A stretch of DNA of 46,896 nucleotides from Candidatus Bathyarchaeia archaeon. GTDB lineage: Archaea; Thermoproteota; Bathyarchaeia; Bathyarchaeales; Bathycorpusculaceae. The position numbers and the translations under genes were made by a program. Shown piece by piece: positions 45,979-46,896 of the stretch; position 1 is the stretch's first letter; the number at the start of each line of letters is the position of its first letter. The stretch spans positions 1 to 46,896 of the forward strand of contig JBEKGO010000019.1 of the NCBI GenBank assembly GCA_050012755.1. The letters are read 5' to 3'. The notes beneath the pieces are model-generated. The model saw only the letters and a program-made list of their open reading frames with translations, ran no database searches and was not told where the DNA came from.

Positions 45979-46896
45979 CCAACATACTTTTGGACAAACA
46001 CCCGGCGGGTGGCAGTTACTTGGGTTTTCTAAAGATTTTGCCCTTCTCATAATCGCAAACGTACTGGAAACCTGCTTCTAGTAGCTTGACTGCTTCTTCA
46101 AGTGTCCACGCAACTTTAACGACGTAGTCTTGATCTCCGAAGTCCACGAGTTGAGTGTACCGCAACGTGTTCTTGATGCTTTTGTGGCCTAAGATTTTCA
46201 TGACGTGAAGGATATCTTTGGTTTTATGGTATTCCATCGTTGCTTTCCAGTGTCGAAGGGTGTGGAAGGTTATTTTCAGCAGTCTTGGGTTTTTGCTCTT
46301 GTTGGCTGCTATTTTTCTGCTGCGATCAAACAGTCTGGCTGTCGTTTCCAGGTTTGTTCCACCGAAAACGTACTTGTTATTCTTGGGCAGGTCTTGTAAG
46401 CGCTCCAGCAATCTTTGACTGATCCTTAGCATTCTTGGGTTGCTGTGCTTCTCTGGTGTTATTCTTACCGTTCGGTTTTCAGAGTCTATATCTGTCCATT
46501 CTAGTTGCCATGCTTCGCCGCGTCTTGCGCCTGTTTCTTTGAGCAGTTGAGCAAAGGTGCCTGTTTTGTTTCCCAAGCAAGCAATCAAGTAGTCGATTTC
46601 GCTCTCAGTTGGAATGAACGGCAGCTTTTCGACGGCTTTGTATCTTGGTGGATTCCAGGTTCCCCCAACGCATAGTAGATAGTTGCTGTAGCATTCGACG
46701 ACTATTTCTTTGCGTCCTAGTCCCCAGCTGTCTCTTTTTGCGATTAGCTCTTTGATGTTTTCGGGGTCGTCTATGTTGGAGTTTTTGGCGAGGAATTTTA
46801 TGATTTTTACTCTGTCAAAGAATGTAGATTCAGCGTAGCCTTGCTTCTTTAACCATAGAAGGTAGTTGACGACTTTCTCAGGGATGTTTGCACTTG
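45979..46896. mobile_element. Probable left end of an element integrated at tRNA-Ser
   Basis: Integrase stop 37 bp from the tRNA 3' end, convergent; the second att copy is not in the window. Confidence 0.6.
46016..46896 (-). CDS. Tyrosine recombinase/integrase (5' end beyond the window)
   Basis: TGARRGE (R), PEK (K), FHTLRH (HxxR), LGH, TLRY (Y); the frame stays open to the window edge (...YLLWLKKQGYAEST...KLPFIPTESEID). Confidence 0.93.
   Translation of the reverse strand, partial: SANIPEKVVNYLLWLKKQGYAESTFFDRVKIIKFLAKNSNIDDPENIKELIAKRDSWGLGRKEIVVECYSNYLLCVGGTWNPPRYKAVEKLPFIPTESEIDYLIACLGNKTGTFAQLLKETGARRGEAWQLEWTDIDSENRTVRITPEKHSNPRMLRISQRLLERLQDLPKNNKYVFGGTNLETTARLFDRSRKIAANKSKNPRLLKITFHTLRHWKATMEYHKTKDILHVMKILGHKSIKNTLRYTQLVDFGDQDYVVKVAWTLEEAVKLLEAGFQYVCDYEKGKIFRKPK

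Noticed and set aside
45792-46032. ORFs 45792-46001 (-) and 45808-46032 (+)
   Set aside because: They overlap the tRNA-Ser gene and are artefacts of its GC-rich sequence
1-46896. CRISPR array, rRNA, IS/transposase, Sec/Pyl recoding
   Set aside because: No regularly spaced repeat-spacer units, rRNA-like tracts, transposase motifs or interrupted conserved genes with in-frame TGA/TAG were seen, apart from the TAG upstream of the PIN gene discussed above

Overview
Archaeal chromosomal segment, most likely Bathyarchaeia/TACK. This is inferred from eS26, Alba, class I LysRS, CofD, Fae-Hps, frequent TTG starts and a BHB-intron tRNA. It is mostly housekeeping: trpB2/trpY, thermosome, rpoK, pyrC, serS, lysS, tmk, the eS6-aIF2gamma-PIN-rpoE-spt4-eS24-eS31 cluster, the L3-L4-L23-L2-S19 cluster, and three tRNAs (Arg-GCG, Glu-TTC, intron-containing Ser-CGA). 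It ends in an intact tyrosine integrase abutting tRNA-Ser, probably the edge of an integrated element. Best candidates for new biology: (1) a Fae-Hps formaldehyde enzyme with an extra N-terminal Fis-like HTH, whose own promoter is bracketed by a perfect 11-bp inverted repeat, suggesting an autoregulating trigger enzyme; (2) a YdjG/YdjI-like zinc-ribbon/SPFH membrane-stress cluster lacking PspA, divergent from a PadR regulator with a Cys-rich tail. Smaller signals include TRP boxes, two coupled micro-ORFs, an alba leader hairpin, a CTG start, a C2H2 microprotein, tRNA anomalies and a 10-bp-phased repeat array. All calls come from motif recognition by eye; no database searches were run.
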